A stretch of 38,846 nt of DNA from an uncultured Bacilli bacterium. GTDB lineage: Bacteria > Bacillota_I > Bacilli_A > RF39 > UBA660. Within the stretch, counting starts at the first letter, position 1; each line of letters begins with the position of its first letter. Location: the NCBI GenBank assembly GCA_947632375.1, contig CANRPF010000013.1:1-38846 (forward strand), written 5' to 3'. Shown here one piece after another: positions 16,959 to 26,448 of the stretch. The notes beneath the pieces are model-generated. The model saw only the letters and a list, made by a program, of their open reading frames with translations. It made no database searches and was not told where the DNA came from. A program made the position numbers and the translations under genes.

Positions 16959-17909
16959 TTAATTATTCCCTTTAGTTGCATTATAACCTATGATATTAGA
17001 TTGATAGATTTCAATCCATCTTTTTTCTTCTGCATCTAATCTTTCTCTAGGACATTCTTCTAACAATTCAAAACTAAAGTTCCATACACCATCTTTTTGC
17101 ATTGTATTATATAATCTATTAGTCGCGGGAGCGTCAATCCCCAGCCCGCATTTAATATGTTGTTTCATACGATCTTGGACATTAACACTTTGTCCTACAT
17201 AGCATTGCTTTGTTTTTAAATTTGTTATTTTATAAATTCCACAAATTTGTTTATTTCCAAATATACGATTACACATTTCTGTAGTTTGTTTTTGAAAATA
17301 AGTAGACCAAATTAATTTACTTAATATTATTGGATTATGTAACATTAATTTAATTGAATTAAGTTTTTCTATATCTTCTAAATCAATAGCAGAAACAGAT
17401 AATTTATAAAAATCCAACCTTTCTTCTTTTTCTCGTTCGCGGAGCTGCGCCTTAGTGGCGGCATTAATTTGATCTATTATAGTTTTATATTGAGTCTCCG
17501 CGCTCTTTATATCTTCTACAACTTTCTTTTGTTTTATGTGTAACTCATTTATTCTTTCTTTATAGTCAATTTCAGCTTCATCATACGCATCCTCAATTTG
17601 TTCAAAATATTTAGCACTAGCATAGTCTGCATTCTGTTGAAATATTTTTAATTGTTCAGATATTTTATTTTTTTCTTTTTCACATATGTTATCAATTTTT
17701 TGTTTTTCATTTTCTAAAATTTTATCTAATTCAATTTTATCTTTATGAAGTTGATTAATTTCATTTTGTAATTTATTTTTTAAATTGGTTTGTATTTGAT
17801 TTTTTTCAACTGTAATATGATTAGCTTTATTTATAAGATAAAGACCTAAACTAATTAAAAAGCATCCAATAATAATACTTATTGTAATTAAAACTTGTAC
17901 AATTCCCAT
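16959..17909 (-). CDS. membrane-anchored coiled-coil protein with a C-terminal GIY-YIG nuclease domain
   Basis: N-terminal TM helix VLITISIIIGCFLISLGLYLI. This is followed by about 170 aa of heptad-rich coiled coil. The C-terminal domain carries ICGIYKITNLKTKQCYVGQSVNVQDRMKQHI...RWIEIY. Confidence 0.65.
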   Translation of the reverse strand: MGIVQVLITISIIIGCFLISLGLYLINKANHITVEKNQIQTNLKNKLQNEINQLHKDKIELDKILENEKQKIDNICEKEKNKISEQLKIFQQNADYASAKYFEQIEDAYDEAEIDYKERINELHIKQKKVVEDIKSAETQYKTIIDQINAATKAQLREREKEERLDFYKLSVSAIDLEDIEKLNSIKLMLHNPIILSKLIWSTYFQKQTTEMCNRIFGNKQICGIYKITNLKTKQCYVGQSVNVQDRMKQHIKCGLGIDAPATNRLYNTMQKDGVWNFSFELLEECPRERLDAEEKRWIEIYQSNIIGYNATKGNN

Positions 17910-17970
17910 AACGTTTCTATATATAAAAATTAGGTTAAGTAATTTTACTTAACCTAATATCTATTTTATA

Positions 17971-18246
17971 TTACTCCTTATCCTCGTCTTTAGCGTCTGG
18001 ATCAAATTCCTTACCTTCAGCAGTAAGAGAGATAAACTTTACAGGCTGATGACTTCCATCTTCAAGCTCGATCTCTGCGGGCTTTCTTACCATAAGACCT
18101 TTTCTCTGAAAAGCAGAAGTAACAATACCATTTACACTACGAACAGGAATGCCAGTTCCCTCTGCAATATCTGCTGCTGTCATCTTCTCACCATCATGCT
18201 CCAATACATAATCATATACTTTTCTAGCGTTCTCTTTTAATGCCAT
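17971..18246 (-). CDS. small acidic HTH protein; compositionally atypical (GC-richer, different codon usage)
   Basis: Reads MALKENARKVYDYVLEHDGEKMTAADIAEGTGIPVRSVNGIV... with an acidic C-terminus. The coding DNA is visibly GC-richer than its surroundings. Confidence 0.5.
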   Translation of the reverse strand: MALKENARKVYDYVLEHDGEKMTAADIAEGTGIPVRSVNGIVTSAFQRKGLMVRKPAEIELEDGSHQPVKFISLTAEGKEFDPDAKDEDKE

Positions 18247-18380
18247 AATAATTCTTAATCTCCTTTAATTTTATTTTTTATTGTATTTTTTATTTATATG
18301 ATTAGATGATTAATTCATATTTATAAAGAAGTATCTTGACTTCTTTCTTCCTATATTATTTCCATCCATCTTATGTTTAT

Positions 18381-18409
18381 ATTATATCAAAAATATTTTT
18401 ATTTGTCAA
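18381..18409 (-). promoter_or_regulatory. consensus sigma70 promoter TTGACA-17-TGATATAAT
   Basis: Minus-strand sequence is TTGACAaataaaaatatttttgaTATAAT, upstream of 17971-18246. Confidence 0.6.
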
Positions 18410-18590
18410 AAAGTTTTTTTCTAAAGATATAATCATCTATATATACTACATCTTCTATTGATAGTGTTGATATTATATTTTCAATTTTTTGTTGATATTC
18501 TTGAACATTTTTGCCCAAACGTATCTCTGATTCTAATTCAACTATCTTCTTAGCTAATGTTCTTAGCCTTTCATTTTGTTTATCTTTCAT
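18399..18590 (-). CDS. small hypothetical protein (63 aa)
   Basis: ORF only. Confidence 0.3.
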   Translation of the reverse strand: MKDKQNERLRTLAKKIVELESEIRLGKNVQEYQQKIENIISTLSIEDVVYIDDYIFRKKLFDK

Positions 18591-18621
18591 ATATTTATTA
18601 TATAAAAAATTTTTAAAAAAG

Positions 18622-19734
18622 TCAAAATATGGATTTTATTGTACAATCTTTAGGATCTTTATCATCTCGCATAAATTTCATAAAACCATGACGAATAGTT
18701 TTAGAATTTTTATCTTTTTCCATGCATTGAATAGCACATACTTTATTTAAATACTTTTCAGGATATTTACTCATATCTTGTTTCATTTCATCAGATATAC
18801 CAGAATGAATTGTACCTATATTCACAATATTCCCATTTTTATCATATGCACCAATTTTAATACGAGAATTATACCACCCCATATAATAAGGTTTAGTTAC
18901 TGCTACATTATGATAATCTTTTCCATAATGTTGACCAATAGGTAAGTTATACCTTTCTCCAAATTCTGGATCTACAAACATCCAATATTGCCAATTTTCT
19001 AATTCTTTACCATAATATTCTTTTGTTGGTTCTTCAAATCCAATAATTATAACATCTGCAAAATCTACTTTTTTAGCTTTTAAATTAAACATTGGACGTT
19101 CGCCTTCTAAATAATGACCATTTTTACTTTTAATAACCATCCCCTCTTCACCCATGGCGAGGGCATCTCCTATTCGCGCATAGAGATTATCATACCAAAC
19201 CTCCGCGAGTTCAATAAAAGAATAATCTAAAATATATTTATTATATACTGACATTAATACGTAATAACGATTCATTGCTCCTACTTTAGTAAGATCAATT
19301 CCATTAAAATATAATATATCATAGATATAATAATGTATCCATCCTCTATTTTTTTGTCTCTCTATGGCTTTGTCTGGCAAACAACCCATTATCTCAATTA
19401 CGTTGCGGGAGCTACCTCCAGGATAATAAATTTCACCCAAAACTACGGTGCCATTGGGCAATGATTCAAAAGCTTTTTTAATATGAGGAATATTAGCTAT
19501 CTTTTCTGTCAATAAACCAGTTTTTTTACTTACTGTTCTACCAAATAAATAACACTCACCATTAATACCCTTGACGAATTGATATAACGCGCCATCCTTT
19601 TTTAATTGACCAAAGTAATCTCCACTTTCACACGCTTTTTTTAATTGACTATCTGTAGAGCTATGAATTAACATAGGTTGAATCATTATTGCGCCAGGAT
19701 ATAATTCTTGAACTTTATTATTGTCAAATTTCAT
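18622..19734 (-). CDS. ATP-dependent DNA ligase
   Basis: Motif I KKDGALYQ (KxDG). Motif IV EEGMVIKSKNG. Motif V MFNLKAKKVDFADVII. Confidence 0.8.
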   Translation of the reverse strand: MKFDNNKVQELYPGAIMIQPMLIHSSTDSQLKKACESGDYFGQLKKDGALYQFVKGINGECYLFGRTVSKKTGLLTEKIANIPHIKKAFESLPNGTVVLGEIYYPGGSSRNVIEIMGCLPDKAIERQKNRGWIHYYIYDILYFNGIDLTKVGAMNRYYVLMSVYNKYILDYSFIELAEVWYDNLYARIGDALAMGEEGMVIKSKNGHYLEGERPMFNLKAKKVDFADVIIIGFEEPTKEYYGKELENWQYWMFVDPEFGERYNLPIGQHYGKDYHNVAVTKPYYMGWYNSRIKIGAYDKNGNIVNIGTIHSGISDEMKQDMSKYPEKYLNKVCAIQCMEKDKNSKTIRHGFMKFMRDDKDPKDCTIKSIF

Positions 19735-19744
19735 TATTCATTCC

Positions 19745-19990
19745 TCATTTCAATTTTAATGATCTATCTTCTTTGGGAAATAAGATATGGAATTTTGTTT
19801 TAACTATATGATCATCTGGTATATTATATATAACTAAATGACAATCATCTAAAGATACATCTCTTTCTTTAAAATAAGAATATAATGATTGTAATGAAGA
19901 ACAACCACTTAAATAATTATCATTAATTGTTGAATCTTTATTAAATATAGGACCACTACCATCTTCTTTTTCAAAACGAAATACTAACAT
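19745..19990 (-). CDS. hypothetical protein (81 aa)
   Basis: ORF with RBS AAAGGAG. Confidence 0.35.
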   Translation of the reverse strand: MLVFRFEKEDGSGPIFNKDSTINDNYLSGCSSLQSLYSYFKERDVSLDDCHLVIYNIPDDHIVKTKFHILFPKEDRSLKLK

Positions 19991-20017
19991 ATATACTCCT
20001 TTTCAGTAGTTAAGTTA

Positions 20018-22417
20018 TTATAACTTAACTACTGACATTACTTTACTATTTTTAATTGCCATATTTCCTATACTAATTCTACTTAATAAAGGAATTTCCT
20101 TAGCTTCAATACAAATTGAATTAGGCTGACCAACTATTAGGAAATTATCTGTATCATCAACCATTGCCGCGCCAATTATATCTCCAATTATAGAAGTTTG
20201 TTTATACGCGGTGATGCCCTTACCCGCGCGCAACTGGAACGGAAATTCGTCAAGTCTACATTTCTTTATATAACCATTTTTAGTAACAAAAGCAACATAA
20301 TCAGTTACTTTATGAATTGGTAAACCAATTAAAACTTCATCATCATCAGTTAGTTTAATTGATTTAACACCTGCGGTTACCCGCCCTATGGGAGCTATGT
20401 CCTCGGTCGGGAAGTGAATGACCAAGCCCCGCCGCGTTATTACAAGCACTTCCTCTTCATTCATAAAAGTTACATTTGCTATTGTGTCATTTTCTTTTAG
20501 TTTTATTGCGGCGATGCCTGTAGTCTTTTTAATTTTACTATACTCTTCAAGTTTAGTCTTTTTAATTAATCCTTTTTTAGTAAAGAATACTACATATTTA
20601 GCTACACTATCTCTATATAATGAAGTTATTGCAATAACTTTTTCATCTGGTTCAATGTTAATAAGAGTGTTTACATTTACTCCTTTTGATATATTAGTTC
20701 CAATAGGAATACTATCTACCAATAATTTAAACATTCTACCTTTTGAAGTAAATAGCATTAAATTATCGACTGTATTAGTAGATATTGTTTCTAATACCGC
20801 ATCATCTATACTTTTAATTCCTTTTCCATTCCTTCGTTGTATTTTAAAACTCTTTTTGGGAATTCTTTTAATATCACCATTTTGTGTTAGAATAACAATA
20901 ACATCTTCTGGAACTACTTCTTCTATCTCTTTTTCTTCTTTTGGAACTTCGATATTAAGAAGCTTAGTTCTTCTTGCGTCTCCATATCTATCTCTTAACT
21001 TAGTGATTTTTTCAATGAGAATCATATCTCTATATGATTCCTTAGTTAAAATTTCATTGCACTTAATAATAATCTTTTCTTTTGCTTCTAGTTCTTTAAG
21101 AAGATCATCTTTGTTAAGTTTCGTTAATCGAGCGAGTTTCATGTCAAGAATTGCGTCAGCTTGAGTGTCTGTAATACCAAAGCGCGCAACTAACTTTTCT
21201 TTAGCTTCTTCTCTTGTATATGACTCTTTAATTAATATAATAGCAGTATCAATATCTTTAATAGCAACTAAAAGACCTTCAAGCACATGTTTACGTCTCT
21301 CCGCTTTATTTTTATCAAAAGTAGCTGTATTGATAAGTACATTAGTTTGATGAATATAATATGCTTTAATTAAATCCAACAGAGAACAAAGCTTAGGAGT
21401 ACCGTTGACAATAAAATTCATATTGTATGATACTGTTGTTTGTAAATCAGTTAAAGCAAATAACTTATTAACTGCTTTCTCTGGGTTTACATCTTTCTTA
21501 ATATAAAAAACTAACTTATTTTTACCTACACCAGATTCATCATCAAAATCTTCAATATATTCATTTAATTTATCTGCATTAATGCCAATTTGCTTTTTTA
21601 TTTTATTTCTATACGTTCTATATGGGATAGAAGTAAAAGTAACTTTTTGTCCATCTACCTTATAATCTCCACGTACCTTTAATGAAATATTTGTTTTACC
21701 AGTGCGAAAAGCTTCTTTTATATCTTTTGCATTAATAATTACATTGCCAAGCGGAAAGTCTGGCCCCTTAATATACTCCATTATCTCATCGAGCGAGATG
21801 TTATGATTTTTAATAAAAGCTATAATTCCATTGCATACCTCAGTTAGATTATGACTTGGGCTAGAATGGGACATTGAAACACCAATAGCTTGACGACCAT
21901 TACATAATGCATTAGGGAATAGTCCAGGAAGAAATACAGGCTCTTGAAACTCGCCATTATAAGTTTCTTTAGCTGGAACAACATTCTTATCATAGTCTAT
22001 CATCATTAAGTCAGTATAGATTGATGGCTTTGTTTCAGTATACCTGCTACTAGCCCATACATTATTCGCTTCTTGTGTTCCTAATGAACCTTGTCCATCA
22101 ACAAGTGGATACCGCATTAAAAACGCCTGAGACATCTTACATAGTACGCCATAACAGGCTTGATCGCCGTGAAAGTAGCTGGTCATTAGGGTACTTCCTA
22201 TTACGGCATTACTTTTTTTAGTCTTGCTCTTTGAGTTCATCTTAAGATAATCTTCCATTGTCCATAAAATTTTTCTTTGAGAACTCAATAATCCATCTTC
22301 CGCGGAGGGTATAGCTCTATCAGTCAAGACCTCTTCCGCGAAAGTTAAGAAACATTCTTTACTTTCATCAAGAATATCTATATTTGTTATATTGCTCATA
22401 ATACCCTCCTTAGTCAA
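20018..22417 (-). CDS. type II DNA topoisomerase subunit A (GyrA/ParC/T4 gp52-like)
   Basis: RAIPSAEDGLLSSQRKILW aligns with RALPDVRDGLKPVHRRVLY. The active-site region is WASSRYTE (compare AMRYTE). The C-terminal repeat domain is present. Confidence 0.8.
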   Translation of the reverse strand: MTKEGIMSNITNIDILDESKECFLTFAEEVLTDRAIPSAEDGLLSSQRKILWTMEDYLKMNSKSKTKKSNAVIGSTLMTSYFHGDQACYGVLCKMSQAFLMRYPLVDGQGSLGTQEANNVWASSRYTETKPSIYTDLMMIDYDKNVVPAKETYNGEFQEPVFLPGLFPNALCNGRQAIGVSMSHSSPSHNLTEVCNGIIAFIKNHNISLDEIMEYIKGPDFPLGNVIINAKDIKEAFRTGKTNISLKVRGDYKVDGQKVTFTSIPYRTYRNKIKKQIGINADKLNEYIEDFDDESGVGKNKLVFYIKKDVNPEKAVNKLFALTDLQTTVSYNMNFIVNGTPKLCSLLDLIKAYYIHQTNVLINTATFDKNKAERRKHVLEGLLVAIKDIDTAIILIKESYTREEAKEKLVARFGITDTQADAILDMKLARLTKLNKDDLLKELEAKEKIIIKCNEILTKESYRDMILIEKITKLRDRYGDARRTKLLNIEVPKEEKEIEEVVPEDVIVILTQNGDIKRIPKKSFKIQRRNGKGIKSIDDAVLETISTNTVDNLMLFTSKGRMFKLLVDSIPIGTNISKGVNVNTLINIEPDEKVIAITSLYRDSVAKYVVFFTKKGLIKKTKLEEYSKIKKTTGIAAIKLKENDTIANVTFMNEEEVLVITRRGLVIHFPTEDIAPIGRVTAGVKSIKLTDDDEVLIGLPIHKVTDYVAFVTKNGYIKKCRLDEFPFQLRAGKGITAYKQTSIIGDIIGAAMVDDTDNFLIVGQPNSICIEAKEIPLLSRISIGNMAIKNSKVMSVVKL

Positions 22418-23954
22418 AATTAAAACCTAATCTTGTTGCATTTTTATAAATAAAATCCTTACGTGGCTCTATCGCGGACCCCTGGAGAATTTCAAGGAGT
22501 TCTGTTGTAGCTTTAGCATCACTAACATTAATTCTTTTATAAGTTTGACGTTCGAAGCAAACTTTATGCAAGTCCTCAGGATTCAACTCTCCTAACCCTT
22601 TTGCGCGTAATACATCGCATGATACATTTTTATTCGCGGTCTTCCACTCTTCAAGCTCCGCATCACTATAAAAATATAACTCTTCTTTTTTTGTTCTAAC
22701 AATATAAAGCGGAGTGACTGCTCTATAGAGCTTCCCTTGTTCTACTAATGGGCGCATATAAGTATAAAAGAAAGTAATTAATAACAGCTCAATCGCCATG
22801 CCGTCAGAGTCTTGGTCTGATGTAATAATAATCTTGTCAAAATTCATTTTGTCTACATCAAACTTATCATTACCAAAACCCGCGCCAATCACCTTAATTA
22901 TATCAGACATCTCTTGGTTCGCTAATATCTTGTCTACTGACGTTTTAAGCGGGCTAATAATTTTTCCGCGCAGCATGTAGATACAATCAGTCTTTGCATT
23001 TCTTGCTTCAATGGCACTAGAACCAGCACTTAATCCTTCAACCAAAAGAAGATTACGTTCTTTAGGATTCTTACTAATGCAGTCAATAAATTTATCACTC
23101 AACTGCATTTTTGCCTTTAGACCTTTTTCTTTTGGTTTTCTAACTGCCTCTCTCGCCTTTTTAGCGGCGTCCCGCGCTTTCCGCGCATTAATAGCTTTAT
23201 CTGCAATTAATTTAATTTCTTTTTCATTATTATTTAACCAAATCTGAAGGTTCTCTGTTAAAGCTTGAATAAAAGGTTTTGTATCAATTTTAGTGATTCT
23301 ACTTTTAACCTGCGCATCATATGATACATTAGGTGCAGTTATATTAAATACGATATACATTCCTTCTTGTATATCATCACCCGTTAAATTTTCATCTTTA
23401 TCTTTTAACCATTTTTTTTCTCTAAAGAATTTATTGAATTCTCTAGTTAAAGTTGTCTTAATCTGTGTAATATGCGGACCTGATTCAGTTAATCCAGTAT
23501 TGACATATGGAACAATAGTAGAAGAATAATTGGATGTATATGTCATAACTAAATCCATTTTATTCTTACCTTCCGCGAATTTCATATTAAATCTATTATT
23601 AATAATTTCTTTCGCGGCGACCGCATCATCTACCAAATCATTTAATCCTTTTGAGGAATAATATTTAATTTTTTCTCCATTATTATTAAGATTAATTGTT
23701 AATCCCGGACATAAACATACAATAGTTCTAAATAAATCTTTAATTTTATTTATTTCTACTTCTGTATGTGTAAAAAATTCTTCAGATGGTTGCCAAGAAA
23801 CTATAGTACCAGTATCTGTTGGTTTATAAGGCTCTACAATTTCTCCACCAAAACGAGTATCAGTTATACCTTCTTCAAAATGAACAGTTTCAAATTGTCC
23901 ATCTCTAAAAGTTATAACATCTAAATAATGTGATAAAAAGCAAACTAGCTTACT
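22410..23954 (-). CDS. type II DNA topoisomerase subunit B (GyrB/T4 gp39-like), exon 2
   Basis: (S)KLVCFLSHYLDVITFRDGQFE aligns with GyrB VSVVNALSEWLEVEVWRDGK. The TOPRIM motif is LLLVEGLSAGSSA and the C-terminal part is present. The supplied ORF's GTG 'M' is the intron's terminal G codon. It overlaps the subunit A start by 8 nt. Confidence 0.75.
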   Translation of the reverse strand, partial: SKLVCFLSHYLDVITFRDGQFETVHFEEGITDTRFGGEIVEPYKPTDTGTIVSWQPSEEFFTHTEVEINKIKDLFRTIVCLCPGLTINLNNNGEKIKYYSSKGLNDLVDDAVAAKEIINNRFNMKFAEGKNKMDLVMTYTSNYSSTIVPYVNTGLTESGPHITQIKTTLTREFNKFFREKKWLKDKDENLTGDDIQEGMYIVFNITAPNVSYDAQVKSRITKIDTKPFIQALTENLQIWLNNNEKEIKLIADKAINARKARDAAKKAREAVRKPKEKGLKAKMQLSDKFIDCISKNPKERNLLLVEGLSAGSSAIEARNAKTDCIYMLRGKIISPLKTSVDKILANQEMSDIIKVIGAGFGNDKFDVDKMNFDKIIITSDQDSDGMAIELLLITFFYTYMRPLVEQGKLYRAVTPLYIVRTKKEELYFYSDAELEEWKTANKNVSCDVLRAKGLGELNPEDLHKVCFERQTYKRINVSDAKATTELLEILQGSAIEPRKDFIYKNATRLGFNFD

Positions 23955-25187
23955 CACATAATTCCATTATTTCTAATGGTGCTGACTATCTTTTAACTAA
24001 TATAATATTAGCAACACCCATTTCGAACTACGTATCAATAGCAGCTCTACTCCTCCGATCCGAGGATAGTCGATACAGCTTTTCAGGTTATCTTATAGGA
24101 TATTGTTCTTCTTTTTGTTTATAAATAGTGCCACAATTTATTGCACTAACTGTTTTTGATGAAATATTAAATCTTCTTGAAATGCTTGCTAAACTTTCTT
24201 TTGGATTTTTCTTTATTTCTTCAATAATTTGTTTCACTTGCTCATCTGTTAATTTTTTTGAACCAACTTTATGTTTTTTTCTTATTGGATAAGATAATTC
24301 TTTTTTTACATATGATTTTCCATTATTTATATTTTGTATAACAGATGGCCAAACATTAAATTTTTTAGCTATTTCAGCCATTGATATTCCATTTTCATCT
24401 TGTAAGAACTCTATTATTTTTTGAAGATCATTTTCATTTAATTTTGAATTACAGTTTTTAGTTCCAGAAACAATTACTTTACTTTGTTTACTATCTCTAA
24501 TAGGATATTTTACAGAAGAATGAAAATAAGTATGTCCTTGATTAATAGCAGAAAGAGTTGAGATATGAATATTATATTTTTTTGCAATATCTTCCATACT
24601 TATTTCTAAATTTTCTCTTAATTCTTTATAAACTTCTTGAATTTGCTCCTCTGTAAATTTAGCTTGATTATTTTCGCTACCTAATCCGGCGCCATCTCCG
24701 CCCAAACTAATATTATATCCTTTTTTCTTATTACTACTATCATAAAAATTAATCCAATATCTTTCTCTTTCACGAGATAATTCAATATTTTCTGGGTTAA
24801 TTTCTTCTAAAATATCAAATTCAGTAATTTTTCCATACTTCATAATAGCATATTCTATTGGAAGATGATTTCTAAAATCGTTATTATGTTCTAACATTCT
24901 TCGATAAATATTATTACTTCTTCCAATATAATTTTTGCCATTTGGAAATGTAATTTTATAAATTCCACTGTAAACTAAATTAACTGAACAATCTTGCATT
25001 TTTATATGTTTCATATAAAATACCTACCTTTCTATCTGATATTCTATATGAAAAACAATTCTATAAGATTAACCTTCTTTGCCACGGGATTATCATGCTT
25101 TATTATAAAGTTTAGACTTCCCCGTTAGCACATCTTATTGATGTACCCTGCTGATTAGCAGAAAAGGTGTAACAGGCAGTATTATCT
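23955..25187 (-). mobile_element. group I intron with a GIY-YIG HEG in the topoisomerase B gene; 5' junction tentative
   Basis: The intron 3' region has an R-like element aucGACUAucc, an S-like element aaaagAUAGUCagc and a P9 hairpin CCAUU-agaaau-AAUGG. The 3' splice site follows G of guG at 23955. The 5' region is homologous to the recJ intron. The junction GIG|SKLVCFLS aligns with GyrB GVGVSVVNALS. A convincing P1 pairing was not found, so the 5' site may be off by a few nt. Confidence 0.7.
24088..25014 (-). CDS. GIY-YIG homing endonuclease (intron-encoded) with tandem C-terminal HTH-like DNA-binding repeats
   Basis: N-terminus reads SGIYKITFPNGKNYIGRSNNIYRRMLEHNN...RERERYWINFY. The C-terminus carries three repeated ...MEDIAKKYNIHISTLSAINQG-like modules. 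Confidence 0.85.
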   Translation of the reverse strand: MKHIKMQDCSVNLVYSGIYKITFPNGKNYIGRSNNIYRRMLEHNNDFRNHLPIEYAIMKYGKITEFDILEEINPENIELSRERERYWINFYDSSNKKKGYNISLGGDGAGLGSENNQAKFTEEQIQEVYKELRENLEISMEDIAKKYNIHISTLSAINQGHTYFHSSVKYPIRDSKQSKVIVSGTKNCNSKLNENDLQKIIEFLQDENGISMAEIAKKFNVWPSVIQNINNGKSYVKKELSYPIRKKHKVGSKKLTDEQVKQIIEEIKKNPKESLASISRRFNISSKTVSAINCGTIYKQKEEQYPIR

Positions 25188-25538
25188 ACCAATGCCAAAA
25201 GAACCTAGACTTGTTCCTTCATAAGTCCCATCTTCTCTATATTTACCAGATGTATTTAATACACTAAAAGCAGCTTCAAGAATTGTTTTTCCATCTTCTC
25301 TAAATGAATTAGGAATAAAACCTTGACCATAATCTCTAACAGATACATTATCTTTATCTATTAAAACATTAATCTGTTTTCCATGACCTAATTGAAATTC
25401 ATCAATAGCATTAGATATAATTTCAATTAAAAGCTGTGTTGAATATGTAGTATCACCGCAATACACCCCAGGTTTAAGACGAGTGAAAGAACGAGGGTCA
25501 AGACTCTCTATAGATTTTTCATCATATAATTTTCCCAT
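25188..25538 (-). CDS. type II DNA topoisomerase subunit B, exon 1 (GHKL ATPase N-terminus)
   Basis: Matches the GyrB N-terminus: IESLDPRSFTRLKPGVYCGDT...EIISNAIDE...VRDYGQGFIP...GKYREDG...GSFGIG. The supplied ORF's terminal R* lies in the intron. Confidence 0.75.
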
Positions 25539-25561
25539 CTATACACTCCTTTCTTTAATAA

Positions 25562-25750
25562 TTAATCAATATATTTCCACTTATAACCACAACAATGGTT
25601 ACGTAAACCTTCACATACCTTTGAAATTTCATCAGAGCTGCAATTACAATTAAGTTCTTTGACTGCTAAATCTACAGAATCATATATCTTTAAAATTTCT
25701 CCAGTTAATAAATTAATCTTAGCTACTTTTTTATTGATAAATTTTTTCAT
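25562..25750 (-). CDS. small Cys-rich hypothetical protein (62 aa)
   Basis: ORF with cysteines CNCSS...C...CCG. Confidence 0.3.
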   Translation of the reverse strand: MKKFINKKVAKINLLTGEILKIYDSVDLAVKELNCNCSSDEISKVCEGLRNHCCGYKWKYID

Positions 25751-25779
25751 TTTATTTTTTCCTTTATTATTATAACATA

Positions 25780-26253
25780 TTATATTAGTTTTTTCAAATT
25801 TTTAATTTTTTTAATATCTCCTCGCGCGAGAGCATCTGCAAGTTCATTTCCAAGAATATTTGAATGACCTGAACATTTCTTAACTTGACAAATTAAAAAA
25901 TTTGTATTAAAATAATCATATAAGATCTGAACTAAATCAAGGTTATCAATAATAATATTTCTACTATTCTTCCAATCATTTAAAGCCCAAGTAAAAATCC
26001 AATCATTACAAATATTAACTACATAAGCAGAATCAGAATATATAATACATTCTTTATCTTTATACTTAGTATTTGCTAATTCAAGAGCTTTAATAACAGC
26101 TTTTAATTCTTCACGGTTATTAGTTGTATTAATACAATCTTCATGAAATGATTCTAATATAGAATTATTTTCCATTACTACCACACCCCAACCACCAGTA
26201 TTATTTTCATTACCGTTGGCTTTCGCGCTTCCATCCGCGTATATTTCTATCAT
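25780..26253 (-). CDS. rnh: ribonuclease H (RNase HI-type)
   Basis: Reads EIYADGSAKANG...GGWGVVV...ELKAVIKALE...IYSDSAYVVN...HSNILGNELADALAR, which carries the D-E-D-D catalytic pattern. Confidence 0.8.
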   Translation of the reverse strand: MIEIYADGSAKANGNENNTGGWGVVVMENNSILESFHEDCINTTNNREELKAVIKALELANTKYKDKECIIYSDSAYVVNICNDWIFTWALNDWKNSRNIIIDNLDLVQILYDYFNTNFLICQVKKCSGHSNILGNELADALARGDIKKIKNLKKLI

Positions 26254-26346
26254 ACTTCACCTCTTTTCAATAAAATAAAGTTTATATTTCCTTTTCATAA
26301 TTGCTTCTTATTATAATTGAATAATATTATTTGCTATTCTAATTAT

Positions 26347-26375
26347 ATTATAATATATTTTTTGAAGAGAGTCAA
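26347..26375 (-). promoter_or_regulatory. sigma70 promoter TTGACT-17-TATAAT upstream of the RNase H gene
   Basis: Minus-strand sequence is TTGACTctcttcaaaaaatatatTATAAT. Confidence 0.55.
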
Positions 26376-26412
26376 GAATGTTATCTTTTCTTTTATTAGA
26401 ATGGATAAAAAA

Positions 26413-26445
26413 ATAAGTGAGTAGCAAAATAGCTACTCACTTATT
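26413..26445 (-). terminator. rho-independent terminator after the endolysin gene
   Basis: Hairpin GUGAGUAGC-uauuuu-GCUACUCAC. On the minus strand it is followed by uuauuuuuuuau. Confidence 0.6.
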
Positions 26446-26448
26446 ATA

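Noticed and set aside
20418-21164. Plus-strand 248-aa ORF, and other plus-strand ORFs in the track (1423-1701, 3318-3563, 15001-15204, 18049-18240, 21165-21350, 22798-23529, 33926-34315, 36508-36768, 37067-37279 and others).
   Set aside because: All lie antisense inside well-supported minus-strand genes. They are low-complexity (L/S/F/I-rich) shadow frames of AT-rich DNA, with no RBS or promoters. The whole window is transcribed leftward.
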